NCBI GenBank assembly: GCA_965200645.1
Contig: CBDAUN010000001.1
Coordinates: 86,492 to 150,491, forward strand
Direction of reading: 5' to 3'
Source of the DNA: Arenicellales bacterium
GTDB lineage: Bacteria; Pseudomonadota; Gammaproteobacteria; Arenicellales; JAJDZL01
DNA: 64,000 nt
The notes below the pieces were generated by a model, which was not told the origin of the DNA, did no database searches, and saw nothing but the letters and a program-made list of their open reading frames with translations. Every line of letters begins with the position of its first letter. The first letter of the stretch is position 1. A program made the position numbers and the translations under genes. Below are positions 10,011 through 20,876 of this stretch, one piece after another.

Positions 10011-10553
10011 CTATCTGTCCTTTAGATGCTCGAGTAACCTTGGCATCAACTCTACCAAGTTGCAGGGTCGGCTTCTGTAATCCAGTTGATGCACGATCAG
10101 CATATCCCAAGCGTCGCCGCATGCCCCTGCTGAACCGGGTAAGGAAAAAATGTAAGTGCCATTTGACACCCCAGCGAACGCACGGGACTGCAATGTTGAG
10201 GTTTTAATTTTTTCATACGACAGCACACGAAACATTTCCCCAAAACCACTAATCTCTTTATCCAGTAGAGGTCGTATCGCTTCTGGAGTGCCATCTCTTC
10301 CGGTGACCCCAGTGCCACCTGTCGTCAAAATCACTTGAACCGACGAATTAACAATCCAACAGCTCACAACTGCTCTAATTGCATAAATGTTGTCGCGTAC
10401 TATCTTTTTGTCGACACACCTGTGCCCTGCATCGGTCATTCGCTTTACGAGCAAATCGCCAGACTTATCGTTTTCCTCAGTACGCGAATCAGAAATAGTC
10501 AACACTGCAATAGATACAGGAATGAATTCTCGCTCGCTCACTTGTCTACCCAT
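10011..10553 (-). CDS. moaB: Molybdenum cofactor biosynthesis protein B (MoaB/MogA family)
   Basis: FIPVSIAVLTISDSR, ILTTGGTGVTGRD and TSTLQSRAFAGV are collinear with E. coli MoaB. Start refined to ATG 10553 (MGRQVSERE..); the track extends it to 10607. Confidence 0.85.
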   Translation of the reverse strand: MGRQVSEREFIPVSIAVLTISDSRTEENDKSGDLLVKRMTDAGHRCVDKKIVRDNIYAIRAVVSCWIVNSSVQVILTTGGTGVTGRDGTPEAIRPLLDKEISGFGEMFRVLSYEKIKTSTLQSRAFAGVSNGTYIFSLPGSAGACGDAWDMLIVHQLDYRSRPCNLVELMPRLLEHLKDR

Positions 10554-10854
10554 ATTTCCAAAAATAAAATGATCCTTTGATGTAAAGATTATAGGAAGTG
10601 AACGCATTAAAGGTAAATTAACCTTCCTAGAGACAATGACATCTCAAAAGGACTAAAAGAACTACCGTGAACCAAGTCTGGATTGGCACTCACAAAAACT
10701 TTGGTCATCAATACAAGACTACAAGACAGTAAAATTGACTTTTCTTGTCATTTAGCAAACCGAGAATTCATTGATATACAAGGTTTTTATGGATTCTCGG
10801 TAATTAAATTATTCACATTATGAATTTATCAACTAGCAGGAGTAGATAGTCGAA

Positions 10855-11088
10855 ATGCCCGAAATAGCACAAAAGCAACCCTATGAAGTCAAACTTCAGC
10901 CAGGTGAATACTACTGGTGTCAGTGCGGAAAATCTTCCAACCAACCCTTTTGCGATGGCTCACATCAAGGATCGGAATATTCACCCGTTAAATTAACAGT
11001 CTCAAAAACAAGAACATATTTCTTGTGTGGCTGTAAACATACTAATAAAGCACCGAATTGCGACGGGTCTCACGCTAAATTAAATTGA
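10855..11088 (+). CDS. CDGSH iron-sulfur domain-containing protein (two CDGSH motifs)
   Basis: 77 aa containing CQCGKSSNQPFCDGSH and CGCKHTNKAPNCDGSH. Confidence 0.85.
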   Translation: MPEIAQKQPYEVKLQPGEYYWCQCGKSSNQPFCDGSHQGSEYSPVKLTVSKTRTYFLCGCKHTNKAPNCDGSHAKLN

Positions 11089-11178
11089 TGACTAAACGAT
11101 TTATCCTTTCCAATTGAAAATTGACTTACTGCTGGAAAATACTTCAATCCAGTTGGAAGTAAAGTTGATAAGTGCGCA

Positions 11179-12150
11179 ATGAGCTCACGCAACACCATTG
11201 CATTTACTCCAGGTGATCCTGCCGGCGTGGGGCTGGACTTGGCTGTTGCGCTTGCCAGCTGCCCCCCTGATTGCGACGTTGTAATCATTTGTGACCAAAA
11301 CTTGTTTGAGTCCAGAGTGACTCAACTCAATATCGACCTGGCGCAAACGGATGCCGACAGCGAGGTCCAAATTTTGGATGTCCAGTGTCCGATACCTGCA
11401 GTTGCCGGGAAGCCAAATCCAGAAAACTCCATGTATGTATTGGAAACACTGAATCTTGCCATTACTGGCTGTCAGTCAGGCCAGTACGATGCCATGGTGA
11501 CCGGTCCGGTAAACAAGGAGGTGATTTCCAAGGGAGGATTTAAGTTTTCCGGGCATACTGAGTACCTGGCAGAACGCACCAACACTCAAACCCCCGTGAT
11601 GCTATTGGCATCCAGTAAGTTGCGAGTTGCACTTGCCACGACTCACCTGCCACTGTCGAAAGTTGCGGCAGCCATTACCAAGGACAGGCTTCGAACAATC
11701 ATTGAAGTTTTACATCGTGATCTTCAACATCGATTTCAAATTAAATCACCGCGTATTGCAGTATGTGGACTGAACCCTCACGCCGGAGATGGCGGACTAC
11801 TCGGCAATGAAGAGCTCGAAACCATCATACCAGTTATTGCCGACTGCAGCAGCCAAGGAATGCATGTGTTTGGACCACTACCAGCAGATACTGCATTCAC
11901 ACCTTCAAAGCTGCGCGACTGTGACGTTGTTCTTGCGATGTACCACGATCAGGGTCTCCCCGTTATTAAACATAGCGACTTTGGTGCAATTGCCAATATT
12001 ACGCTAGGTCTGCCAATCATTCGCACTTCCGTTGACCACGGAACGGCCTACGATGTTGCAGGAACATCAAAAGTGGACAGAAGCAGTATGATGGCGGCGT
12101 TTTTTGCAGCAATAAAACTTTGCCGAAACAAATCCGAAGCCAAGCGATGA
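11179..12150 (+). CDS. pdxA: 4-hydroxythreonine-4-phosphate dehydrogenase PdxA
   Basis: 323 aa with GDPAGVG, GHTEYLA, NPHAGDGG and TSVDHGTA blocks. The pdxA-rsmA order matches enterobacteria and pseudomonads. Confidence 0.9.
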   Translation: MSSRNTIAFTPGDPAGVGLDLAVALASCPPDCDVVIICDQNLFESRVTQLNIDLAQTDADSEVQILDVQCPIPAVAGKPNPENSMYVLETLNLAITGCQSGQYDAMVTGPVNKEVISKGGFKFSGHTEYLAERTNTQTPVMLLASSKLRVALATTHLPLSKVAAAITKDRLRTIIEVLHRDLQHRFQIKSPRIAVCGLNPHAGDGGLLGNEELETIIPVIADCSSQGMHVFGPLPADTAFTPSKLRDCDVVLAMYHDQGLPVIKHSDFGAIANITLGLPIIRTSVDHGTAYDVAGTSKVDRSSMMAAFFAAIKLCRNKSEAKR

Positions 12151-12938
12151 GCGCTCGCAGGCGCAAACCACCACTTGGACAACATTTTCTCGTAAGCGAA
12201 TCAGTCATCCATGACATTATTGACGCAATCGCTCTAAAAACCAACGACACCATAGTGGAAATTGGCCCAGGTCGAGGTGTCCTAACAGAGCGAATTGTAG
12301 GGAAGGTTAGTGAGTTTCATGCGATTGAATTGGACTCGCAACTGGCCGCGTACCTCAAGAACAAGTTTTCCGCAGACAACGTCAAGATTCATACGGCTGA
12401 CGCACTTAAATTTGATTACCCTTCAGTCTTTACTGAAAATACAAAAGTGAGACTGATTGGCAATCTTCCCTACTCCATATCAACCGAACTTATATTGCAA
12501 CTTACCAACCACTTGGCGTCCATAGAAGATTTTTGCTTCATGGTGCAACGGGAAGTGGCTCAACGCCTCACCGCAGACTGTGGCACAAAACAGTACGGAC
12601 GTCTTACGGTATCGGTGTCTCGCGTGTTGCATGTCGAGGCATTGTTCGATGTCGTTGCGGAGGCATTTTCTCCCCCACCTGATGTAAAATCGACTGTCAT
12701 TCATATGCGCCCAAAACTAACGAATCGAGTCAGTCGGGAGTTGACGGTTCAATTCAACGAGTTGGTTCGTATCGCATTCTCCAAGAGGCGAAAAACCTTA
12801 AAAAACGCATTGATCGGTTATGTCAGTGAGTACTCCTTGGAGCAAGTTGAAATCGATTCGAGTTTACGTGCCGAACATATCACTGTAGCCCAATTTGAAC
12901 GGCTCGCCAAATATCTTGTCGATAAACCATGCACCTGA
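12147..12938 (+). CDS. rsmA: 16S rRNA (adenine1518/1519-N6)-dimethyltransferase RsmA/KsgA
   Basis: LGQHFL N-terminal motif, SAM-binding EIGPGRGVLT, and GNLPYSIST. ATG 12147 overlaps the pdxA stop (ATGA); the track start at 12120 is probably too long. Confidence 0.9.
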   Translation: MSARRRKPPLGQHFLVSESVIHDIIDAIALKTNDTIVEIGPGRGVLTERIVGKVSEFHAIELDSQLAAYLKNKFSADNVKIHTADALKFDYPSVFTENTKVRLIGNLPYSISTELILQLTNHLASIEDFCFMVQREVAQRLTADCGTKQYGRLTVSVSRVLHVEALFDVVAEAFSPPPDVKSTVIHMRPKLTNRVSRELTVQFNELVRIAFSKRRKTLKNALIGYVSEYSLEQVEIDSSLRAEHITVAQFERLAKYLVDKPCT

Positions 12939-13513
12939 TTAAGTTTACGTTCAAATACCTTCTGTTCTCGTTAGCTGCTGCATATTTGGCACTTGCGACT
13001 ACAAATGCACAGGCAGGTAGATTTGATTGTAGTGTGATTTATGATGAGTTCGACCATTTGATGCACGCACAATATTTGATTAAACCGGATCAATATGTGG
13101 AAACATTCGACTCTCTGATGACCCGAACAGAATTTCAGCAATACCAAGCCAACCAGTTCAAACTCCGTGCAGACCGAAAAGGAGTTGGCATTGGTATTAT
13201 CCGTACCAATCAGAACACCTCCGGAAAAATGATCTTTTCGTGGGTTGATCGCCCCTCCGAAGACCTGGTTCCGTTCATTATTGATGAAATCATCATTTAC
13301 GGGCGTGTCAGCGATGGTTATGCACCACAGCGATTGAAATCAGTATTTCTCACTCCGAGTTTTGCTGTCGACCTCGACACCGGTGAAGTTGTGGAACCGG
13401 ATGATCCATCAGCCGATATGACCTATGTATTTGCGAATGGAGAATATGTCGTTGAAGCCATAAATTCTGCTCGAATTCACTTTCCGATTGAATCCATGTG
13501 CGTCGGTTACTAG
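12929..13513 (+). CDS. Hypothetical secreted protein
   Basis: 194 aa with signal peptide MHLIKFTFKYLLFSLAAAYLALATTNAQA. No motif recognised. The start overlaps the rsmA end by 10 nt. Confidence 0.5.
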   Translation: MHLIKFTFKYLLFSLAAAYLALATTNAQAGRFDCSVIYDEFDHLMHAQYLIKPDQYVETFDSLMTRTEFQQYQANQFKLRADRKGVGIGIIRTNQNTSGKMIFSWVDRPSEDLVPFIIDEIIIYGRVSDGYAPQRLKSVFLTPSFAVDLDTGEVVEPDDPSADMTYVFANGEYVVEAINSARIHFPIESMCVGY

Positions 13514-13528
13514 CGATGCTGTACTTCG

Positions 13529-14548
13529 TCAGGTGAAATGTGGCATGATTTCTTCTGCGAAGCGTTGTATAGACTCTTTGGTTTCTGTTTGGCTGGCACC
13601 GAGATTCATATTCAAATTGATCTCGTGAATTCCAGCGTCGTAATAAAGACCAAGTTTATCCACCAACTGCGTCGAAGTTCCAACGAGAATATTAGCTGCT
13701 AATTCCTTAACGGTTTGTTTTGGCGGTAGTGGCTGTATAGCGCCATCCACCACGATTCCAGGACCGGCATAAAGGACATTGTCAAACCGCTTGTAGTACT
13801 CCTGTGCGAGAAGTAGTTTCTTTTTGACTTCCTTTTCATTGTCTACCGCAAACCCCATACGAAGCAGAGACAACCGTTGTTTTCGTCCACTTTCACCGCG
13901 GTCGACTACTCCTCGATTAAACGCGTCCGCCTGTTCTTGCAGCAAGGATGCCGAACCCTGTAAGGGAGTTGTTTGCACGTCATAGCCGCGTAGGGCACAG
14001 TGATAGATTGCATCGGGGGCCAAAGCAGCAATCATAATCGGCGGCATAGGTTGAGTGATTGGGCGGGGCATAATAGTTGTTGGCGGAAACTGATAGTACT
14101 TGCCGTCCCAGGACACCTCCTTTTCAGTGAGTAACTTGATCAATACTTCCAGAGATTCATCAAACTTCTCACGACTTTCCTCTAAGGTCACTCCGAATCG
14201 CTCAAATTCATACCCGAATGCTCCACGTCCCACACCAAGCACAAGTCTGCCATCACACAAAATATCTGCTACCGCTACCTCACCGGCTAAACGACGCATA
14301 TCTCGAAACGGCAACACAATGACTGCTGTAACAATTGAAATTCTCTTAGTCTGTGAAGCCACCTTGACAGCAGTTTGAAGTGGTGCCGGGTTCATGAGAA
14401 TATTGACCATATGATGTTCCGGCAAAGTGACTGCACAATAACCGTAGTGTTCAGCGAGTCTTCCCTGCTCCAGCATATTTTCAAACAACTGCTTCGCTGA
14501 AGCAGTTGTGTCTGGATAGTAGCTTGATAAAAAGAGACTAAATTCCAT
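13529..14548 (-). CDS. LLM-class flavin-dependent oxidoreductase (luciferase-like monooxygenase family)
   Basis: 339 aa. Overall TIM-barrel LLM pattern (MEFSLFLSSYY.., LGVGRGAFGYEF, IMIAALAPD). Substrate unknown. Confidence 0.7.
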   Translation of the reverse strand: MEFSLFLSSYYPDTTASAKQLFENMLEQGRLAEHYGYCAVTLPEHHMVNILMNPAPLQTAVKVASQTKRISIVTAVIVLPFRDMRRLAGEVAVADILCDGRLVLGVGRGAFGYEFERFGVTLEESREKFDESLEVLIKLLTEKEVSWDGKYYQFPPTTIMPRPITQPMPPIMIAALAPDAIYHCALRGYDVQTTPLQGSASLLQEQADAFNRGVVDRGESGRKQRLSLLRMGFAVDNEKEVKKKLLLAQEYYKRFDNVLYAGPGIVVDGAIQPLPPKQTVKELAANILVGTSTQLVDKLGLYYDAGIHEINLNMNLGASQTETKESIQRFAEEIMPHFT

Positions 14549-14659
14549 GTGCGATTTCCAAATCTACTGAGAGAACTTCCCACTACGGTTCAGGATATCG
14601 TGATAATCTGCTTCCACGCAAATTGATCAAGACACTTTAAAGCAATTATAGAAAAAGCC

Positions 14660-15436
14660 ATGAGTGAAGCCGTAGACTGCCATTATGAAATCCAAGGTGA
14701 AGGCCCACCGCTAATTCTGATTCACGGGGTAGGTTCAAGTGGTGGAAACTGGCAGAAAATTGTTGATGTACTGCAACATGAATTTATGTGTATTTGTTGT
14801 GATTTGAGAGGACATGGTGCATCACCAAAACCCCCAACGCCTTACACACTCGACATGCTGGTGGCAGATTTGGAACAACTGCGTTGTAGACTGAACATCG
14901 AAAAGTTCCATGTGACCGGTCATTCTCTTGGCGGCATGATTGGCCCGGCCTATGCCCATCAGTACCCTTCCCGCATTCTGTCTCTTGGCATGTTAAGTAC
15001 CGCTGCATTTCGTACCCAAAAAGAACGGCAAGGGGTAAACAACTTAGTGGACAAATTAGAAGATTCAGGCATAGAACCGCTACTTGATTCGCTGATTCAA
15101 CGGTGGTTTACACCACAATTGGTCAACAGCCATCCTGAAATTGTGGAGGCGCGAAGACAACAAGTACTAGGTAATGACCCAGCCGTATTTGCTTCTGTAT
15201 TTCGAATCTATGCAACAACCGAAATGGAGCACTTTTTGCATGAGATTAAGGCGCCGACCCTGGTACTGACAGGTGAGAATGATGGGGGCTGTAATCCTCG
15301 AATCAATCATTCCATGGCTGCGGCCCTACCGAATTCGGAATTACGAATTCTTCCACAACTGCGACACTCGATATTGCTTGAAGCACCTCAAATAGTTGCC
15401 GAAAATTTGCTCTCCTTTTTGCTCAAGCACAAGTGA
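14660..15436 (+). CDS. Alpha/beta hydrolase (enol-lactonase-like)
   Basis: 258 aa with HGVGSS oxyanion region, nucleophile elbow GHSLGG, and a C-terminal histidine in LRHSILLEAP. Confidence 0.8.
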   Translation: MSEAVDCHYEIQGEGPPLILIHGVGSSGGNWQKIVDVLQHEFMCICCDLRGHGASPKPPTPYTLDMLVADLEQLRCRLNIEKFHVTGHSLGGMIGPAYAHQYPSRILSLGMLSTAAFRTQKERQGVNNLVDKLEDSGIEPLLDSLIQRWFTPQLVNSHPEIVEARRQQVLGNDPAVFASVFRIYATTEMEHFLHEIKAPTLVLTGENDGGCNPRINHSMAAALPNSELRILPQLRHSILLEAPQIVAENLLSFLLKHK

Positions 15437-15631
15437 TGTCGTAGTTTCATCCTGTGCTGCAAGTATACTAATGGACTGTGATTTAGCACTTTATCTGGTC
15501 TAGTCAATATCCTTTCTCGAGTTGGAAGTTTTTTCATTAGTGAATTTCTATTACCTCTGCAATATTCATAATCGCGTCACTTCATGAATGTAGCAGTTGT
15601 CCAAACTTAATTTCGTGTTTGTTTCCAAATC

Positions 15632-18600
15632 ATGAGTTTAAGCTTTCAAGAAATCATCTTCGCTCTGAATAAATACTGGGCGGAACAAGGTTGTGTGATT
15701 CTGCAGCCTTACGATATGGAAGTCGGAGCTGGAACCTTTCACCCAGCTACTTTTTTAGCTTCTATTGGGCCAGAACCGACAAAATCGGCATACGTACAGC
15801 CTTCAAGGCGTCCCACGGACGGACGCTATGGCGATAACCCCAATCGCCTGCAACATTACTTTCAGTATCAAGTCGTAATTAAGCCATCACCCACGAATTT
15901 TCAGGATTTGTATTTGGACTCCATTCGTCAACTTGGAATTGATCCACTCAAAGATGACATCAGGTTTGTTGAGGACGATTGGGAGTCTCCTACACTTGGA
16001 GCTTGGGGACTTGGATGGGAGGTTTGGCTGAATGGTATGGAAATTACACAATTCACCTATTTTCAACAAACGGGTGGACTCGAATGTCGTCCCGTTACCG
16101 GTGAAATCACCTATGGAATCGAACGTATTGCTATGTATGTCCAAGGCATCGAAAATGTATTCGACTTGCGGTGGAATGATGACTGGAACTATGGGGATTT
16201 ATATTTGCAGAATGAAGCTGAGCAGTCCGCATACAACTTTGAGCATGCTGACACGGAATCACTGCTTCACCATTTCAATTCACTAGAGGAGCAGTGTCAG
16301 AAGTTAGCTGAGTTGCAACTGGCGATTCCAGCCTACGAACGAGTTCTTCAAGCATCACACACGTTCAACTTGCTCGATGCGAGAAAGGTAATTGGAGTAA
16401 CGGAACGAGCACGCTACATCGCCAGAGTGAGAGGTATGGCACGACTCGTTGCGCACACGCATTTTGATGTGCGTAAACAAAAGGGTTTCCCTAGACTTAA
16501 AGGTGAGTCAACCGAACAGATGAGCACTGCGCCAGCAGCGTCACTGCAAGAGCACAAAGTACCGGCTGAATTCCACACTTTACCTTTGTTGCTGGAGTTA
16601 GGTACCGAAGAATTACCGCCTAGTTCAGTCAGCGAGCTTGGCCCCTCGCTATTGGAAAATTTAATTGAAGAACTTACGAATACGGGGTTAGTTGATCGCA
16701 ACAGACTAAATTCTCAAGACGAATGGTTTGCAACACCACGTCGGGTTGCGGTTAGATTACATGAAGTGAGGAACCGTACCTCGGACGAAGAGGTTATCAA
16801 ACGTGGGCCACCTCTTAATCGAGCCTATGACTCCGAGGGAAATCCAACACAAGCAGCCTTAGGATTTGCTAGGTCCTGTGATGTTGCGGTGGATGACTTG
16901 GAGCACATCAAAAATGATAGCGGCGATTTTGTTGCTGTGAGGTCCCATAAATCAGGTCAGAGCGCAAGTGAGTTAATTCCGCAATGTATTGCAAACGCGG
17001 TTGCACGTTTACCAATTCCGAAGCGCATGAAGTGGGGCGAGATTGACACCGAATTCATACGCCCCATCCACTGGATAGTACTTCTACACGGTGACCAAGT
17101 GATTCCGTGCAATATCCTATCCGTGGATACTGGTTCAACAACAAAGGGCCACAGGTTTCAATGCTCCAAAGATTTGGAAGTAAGAAGCGCACTAAATTAT
17201 CCCGAAGTCTTCAACGACCACGGTTTCGTCATCGCTAATCGACCGAAAAGAAGGAGCTTGGTCGAAAAGCAAATCAATCAGTTGGCTGAAGAGGTTAAAG
17301 GTAGCGTGACTTTCAGCGAAACAGATGAGTTTGATGCGTTTGGTTTAGTTGAAGAAGTCACCAATCTGGTTGAATACCCCAATGCTTTTCTTGGAACGTT
17401 CGATGAGTCGTTTCTCAAATTGCCGCAAGAAATTCTGGTTGTTTCAATGCGGGTTCACCAAAAATACTTTCCCGTTTGGCACAACGGCAGTCTGATTCCA
17501 TTCTTCATTGGAGTGGCCAATATCGATTTATCAGATTCAAATACTCGAAAACGAGTCGTAAATGGCAATGAACGTGTATTACGAGCACGGCTTTCGGATG
17601 CGAAATTCTTTTGGGACAGAGACAAGAAAGTTTCACTGGAACATCGTGTGGAACAACTGCGCGGTATGATTTTTCACAGATCACTAGGTTCAATTTTTGA
17701 AAAAATGATTCGTGTACGTGAGTTAGCTGAGTTTATTGCCATCGCAATGACGATCGACCCTTCAGACACTCGACAGGCTGCTGATTTGGCAAAGGCAGAT
17801 TTGGTCAGTGAAGTCGTGGGAGAGTTTCCTCAATTGCAGGGCATTATGGGTCGATACCTCGCTGCAGCAAACGGTAAACCCGAGAGAGTTTCTCGTGCTA
17901 TAGAAGAGCACTATTTCCCACGTTCTGCTAGCGACAATAGGATGCCGACTTCCGGGGAGTCGATTGCTGTCGCTTTAGCTGACAGAATAGACTCATTAAT
18001 TGGCTTAATTGGAGTTGGTGAAACTGTGACGGGTGACCGAGACCCTTATTCTTTACGGCGAATGGCTGCTGCTGTGGCAAGAATATTAGTTGAGTCGAAA
18101 TACGAGTTGGATGTGGAGAAATTGCTAAAAAAGTCGGCTTCAATCTATATTGAAAACCTTTCTGGAAATCAAAATATTTCAGAAAAGTTTGGAATTGCCA
18201 CTATTTCTTCCGTGTTTAATCTTATCTTAGACCGACTTCGATTCTACTATATCGAACACGGTCATACTGCCGATGAAATAGCTGCTGTTTTAGCCCAGGA
18301 ACCTTCAGAATTTCATAAACTAAGCGAGAGATTACACGCCGTTCAACGTTTTAAGGAACAACCTGAATGCGAGGAATTAGTCGCGGCAAACAAGCGCATT
18401 CGTAACATTCTGAGAAAAAGCGGAATGGAATCCGATGGTTCGGTAGATCGAGAATTACTAACAGAAGATGCAGAAATATTGCTATATGAAAAGACTTGCG
18501 AAGTATCAAAACAAGTCAACACCGAAGTGGCTGAAGCCGAACCCTGGAAAGTACTTCAAAGACTAACTGAACTAAAGGATCCTATAGATCGTTTTTTTGA

Positions 18601-18730
18601 CGAAGTGATGGTCATGGTTGAAGACCAAAATCTTCGAGAAAATAGAATTAACTTGACCGGCTTGGTCAGTAAACTATTTTTGCAAGTAGCTGATATCTCA
18701 CTTTTACACATAGACCAAAAGGAATCATGA
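15632..18730 (+). CDS. glyQS: Glycine--tRNA ligase, fused alpha (GlyQ) and beta (GlyS) subunits
   Basis: One 1032-codon ORF. Residues 1 to about 290 are GlyQ ([45 protein letters not shown]). A linker [24 protein letters not shown] follows, then the GlyS N-terminus [12 protein letters not shown] and the rest of GlyS. Confidence 0.9.
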   Translation: MSLSFQEIIFALNKYWAEQGCVILQPYDMEVGAGTFHPATFLASIGPEPTKSAYVQPSRRPTDGRYGDNPNRLQHYFQYQVVIKPSPTNFQDLYLDSIRQLGIDPLKDDIRFVEDDWESPTLGAWGLGWEVWLNGMEITQFTYFQQTGGLECRPVTGEITYGIERIAMYVQGIENVFDLRWNDDWNYGDLYLQNEAEQSAYNFEHADTESLLHHFNSLEEQCQKLAELQLAIPAYERVLQASHTFNLLDARKVIGVTERARYIARVRGMARLVAHTHFDVRKQKGFPRLKGESTEQMSTAPAASLQEHKVPAEFHTLPLLLELGTEELPPSSVSELGPSLLENLIEELTNTGLVDRNRLNSQDEWFATPRRVAVRLHEVRNRTSDEEVIKRGPPLNRAYDSEGNPTQAALGFARSCDVAVDDLEHIKNDSGDFVAVRSHKSGQSASELIPQCIANAVARLPIPKRMKWGEIDTEFIRPIHWIVLLHGDQVIPCNILSVDTGSTTKGHRFQCSKDLEVRSALNYPEVFNDHGFVIANRPKRRSLVEKQINQLAEEVKGSVTFSETDEFDAFGLVEEVTNLVEYPNAFLGTFDESFLKLPQEILVVSMRVHQKYFPVWHNGSLIPFFIGVANIDLSDSNTRKRVVNGNERVLRARLSDAKFFWDRDKKVSLEHRVEQLRGMIFHRSLGSIFEKMIRVRELAEFIAIAMTIDPSDTRQAADLAKADLVSEVVGEFPQLQGIMGRYLAAANGKPERVSRAIEEHYFPRSASDNRMPTSGESIAVALADRIDSLIGLIGVGETVTGDRDPYSLRRMAAAVARILVESKYELDVEKLLKKSASIYIENLSGNQNISEKFGIATISSVFNLILDRLRFYYIEHGHTADEIAAVLAQEPSEFHKLSERLHAVQRFKEQPECEELVAANKRIRNILRKSGMESDGSVDRELLTEDAEILLYEKTCEVSKQVNTEVAEAEPWKVLQRLTELKDPIDRFFDEVMVMVEDQNLRENRINLTGLVSKLFLQVADISLLHIDQKES

Positions 18731-19059
18731 ACCGAGACTCATACAATGCCATGCTGGGAGCTGTTCAAGAATTTCATAAAAAGCACGACTTCAAAAATAC
18801 TGGCGGCGAAGACTTGAAGTATCGAGTTGCGTTAATGTGTGAAGAACTAGGAGAAATTTCCGCTGCTGTAACTAAAGGACAGGGTTTGGATGCACTTGCA
18901 GAAGAGTGTGCTGACTTGCTTATTCTTCTTATTGGCACTGAAGTTGCTGCAGGTTTCAACCTTAATCAGGCATTTTGGAAGAAAATGGAAGAAATCAGTA
19001 GACGTGAATCTCGAATGATTGATGGAACTTTGCGCGTATCAAATTTTAATGAATGTTGA
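18727..19059 (+). CDS. MazG-like all-alpha nucleotide pyrophosphohydrolase family protein
   Basis: 110 aa. [12 protein letters not shown] ... [11 protein letters not shown] resembles the EExxE/ExxD metal-binding helices of small MazG-type NTP-PPases. The ATG overlaps the glyQS stop (ATGA). Confidence 0.6.
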   Translation: MNRDSYNAMLGAVQEFHKKHDFKNTGGEDLKYRVALMCEELGEISAAVTKGQGLDALAEECADLLILLIGTEVAAGFNLNQAFWKKMEEISRRESRMIDGTLRVSNFNEC

Positions 19060-19952
19060 TTGTTGGGAAATTCTAGTGATGGTTTCCTGAGTTCAGAAAC
19101 AATTCCTTTCCCCATATTACATAGTTCAGATCCAACACATTACCAACTTAGGTTCGCTATCCCCTCTCTGAATGCGTGGCACGGTCATCTGCCGACAGTA
19201 GTCTAAACTCTAAATTCAGAATTGTGTCACTTGCTACCGGGTCGAATCAAATCCATACTCAACAACGAAGTGTGATTCGACTACATCACATCAACACAAC
19301 ATTAATATTAATAGTTCAATTATCACAATATTTCAGTTTTAAGATGAAATTGGATACGTGTAATTAATAGTAGTGTTAGTGCACGGCACTCGAACTAGCA
19401 ACAGACACCTATCCTAGATTGAAATGTGAGTCTCTTCTCAGCTTCTCTGCCCAAGGCCGTTGCAACAGAATCAGTGCATACAGTGAGTTGCGCACTTCGT
19501 CGAATGCGGTTAGTCCTGTTTCCTGTTACCTGCAAATAACTGTAGTTGGTTCTACCAGCTGTTTGCCCGGCACCCAGTAGCCATACACAGATGATCAAAA
19601 TCAAGCGATTTCGGCGAGTCCTGCCCAGTCAAAGTATTATTAATTCTGAACGATGATTGACCTCCTAGAAGAGCATTGAGTAATTAATCGGTCAGTATCA
19701 ATAATTCCGTATCTACTAAAGAACAGTAAAAAGTGTCGCGGCAATGTCGGTCTGCATAGTGGGAATTACGGTAAGCCCAATTTATGAAAGAAGAAACATT
19801 TAACTGGAATTGTATTGCTATTTCTTTTGGCTGTGCAGTAACCATCGTATATAAATTCCTAGAATTAAATTGCGGTAAGTTCACGTGAAAAGACAAGGAA
19901 TAGTTAGTGCGCGATGCATAATCGCTTGGATGGGAAATCCGTTACGACATCG

Positions 19953-19980
19953 ATAGAGCCAGCGATATAGAGCCAGCGAT
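19953..19980. repeat. Perfect tandem duplication, 2 x 14 bp (ATAGAGCCAGCGAT)
   Basis: Read directly: cgATAGAGCCAGCGATATAGAGCCAGCGATgaaa. Confidence 0.9.
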
Positions 19981-20112
19981 GAAACTGCACGAATTTGGCA
20001 CAGAATGAAATGAGCAATAAGAATCCAATTCGATTGCAAACCACCCCATCAAGAGACTAATCTAGCACAATTTGTATGTGGCATTAGTAACTAAAATCTA
20101 ACGGCTGTTAAA

Positions 20113-20841
20113 GTGCTACAAATTCGAGCGTTCATATTTTTTGTACTTTCTATTGCCGCATTGTTGGTCTATTGGCCAGTCAGTATGGTCGTGATCCCGT
20201 TTCCTGCCGTTTTGCGCTCTAAAATCATTGGTGGTTTCGCCCACATCATCCTTTTTAATCTTCGCATAGTGTGTGGGTTAAGTCACAAAGTTGAAGGACT
20301 GGAAAATCTACCGGACACTCCATCAGTTCTTTTCGTCAAACATCAATCCGCTTGGGAAACCTTCGCATTACAGACTATATTTCCACCCCAAGCTTGGGTG
20401 TTGAAACGATCTTTACTGTGGATTCCATTCTTTGGTTGGGGTCTCGCAGCAACGCGGCCAATAGCGATTGATAGAAGTGCCGCACGTCAGGCGCTTCAAC
20501 AAGTGGTTCAGCAGGGAACGAAAGTCTTAAAGGAAGGAAGGTGGGTGGTTCTGTTTCCAGAAGGTACTCGCAGCCCTCCCGGAGAACACGGTAAATTTAA
20601 TGCTAGCGCGGCTCTATTGGCAAGTCGTGCTCAAGTACCACTCATTCCCGTCGCACACAATGCTGGAGATTACTGGCGAAGGCGCGAGTTTGCAAAGCGT
20701 CCCGGTATCATTACTGTTAGAGTTGGTGAACCGCTCTCAACCGAAGGTATAAAACCTAGAGAACTGAACCAACAAGCCGAAAACTGGATTCGTGAAACCA
20801 TGCCGCAAATCAGTGAATCCTACCAAAGTTCCAATAGTTGA
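20113..20841 (+). CDS. plsC: 1-acyl-sn-glycerol-3-phosphate acyltransferase (PlsC family)
   Basis: 242 aa with an N-terminal TM segment, acyltransferase block KHQSAWET (HX4D/E type) and FPEGTRS. Confidence 0.85.
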   Translation: MLQIRAFIFFVLSIAALLVYWPVSMVVIPFPAVLRSKIIGGFAHIILFNLRIVCGLSHKVEGLENLPDTPSVLFVKHQSAWETFALQTIFPPQAWVLKRSLLWIPFFGWGLAATRPIAIDRSAARQALQQVVQQGTKVLKEGRWVVLFPEGTRSPPGEHGKFNASAALLASRAQVPLIPVAHNAGDYWRRREFAKRPGIITVRVGEPLSTEGIKPRELNQQAENWIRETMPQISESYQSSNS

Positions 20842-20876
20842 AATTAATAGTATTAAATCAACCTAAATGAGTGACG

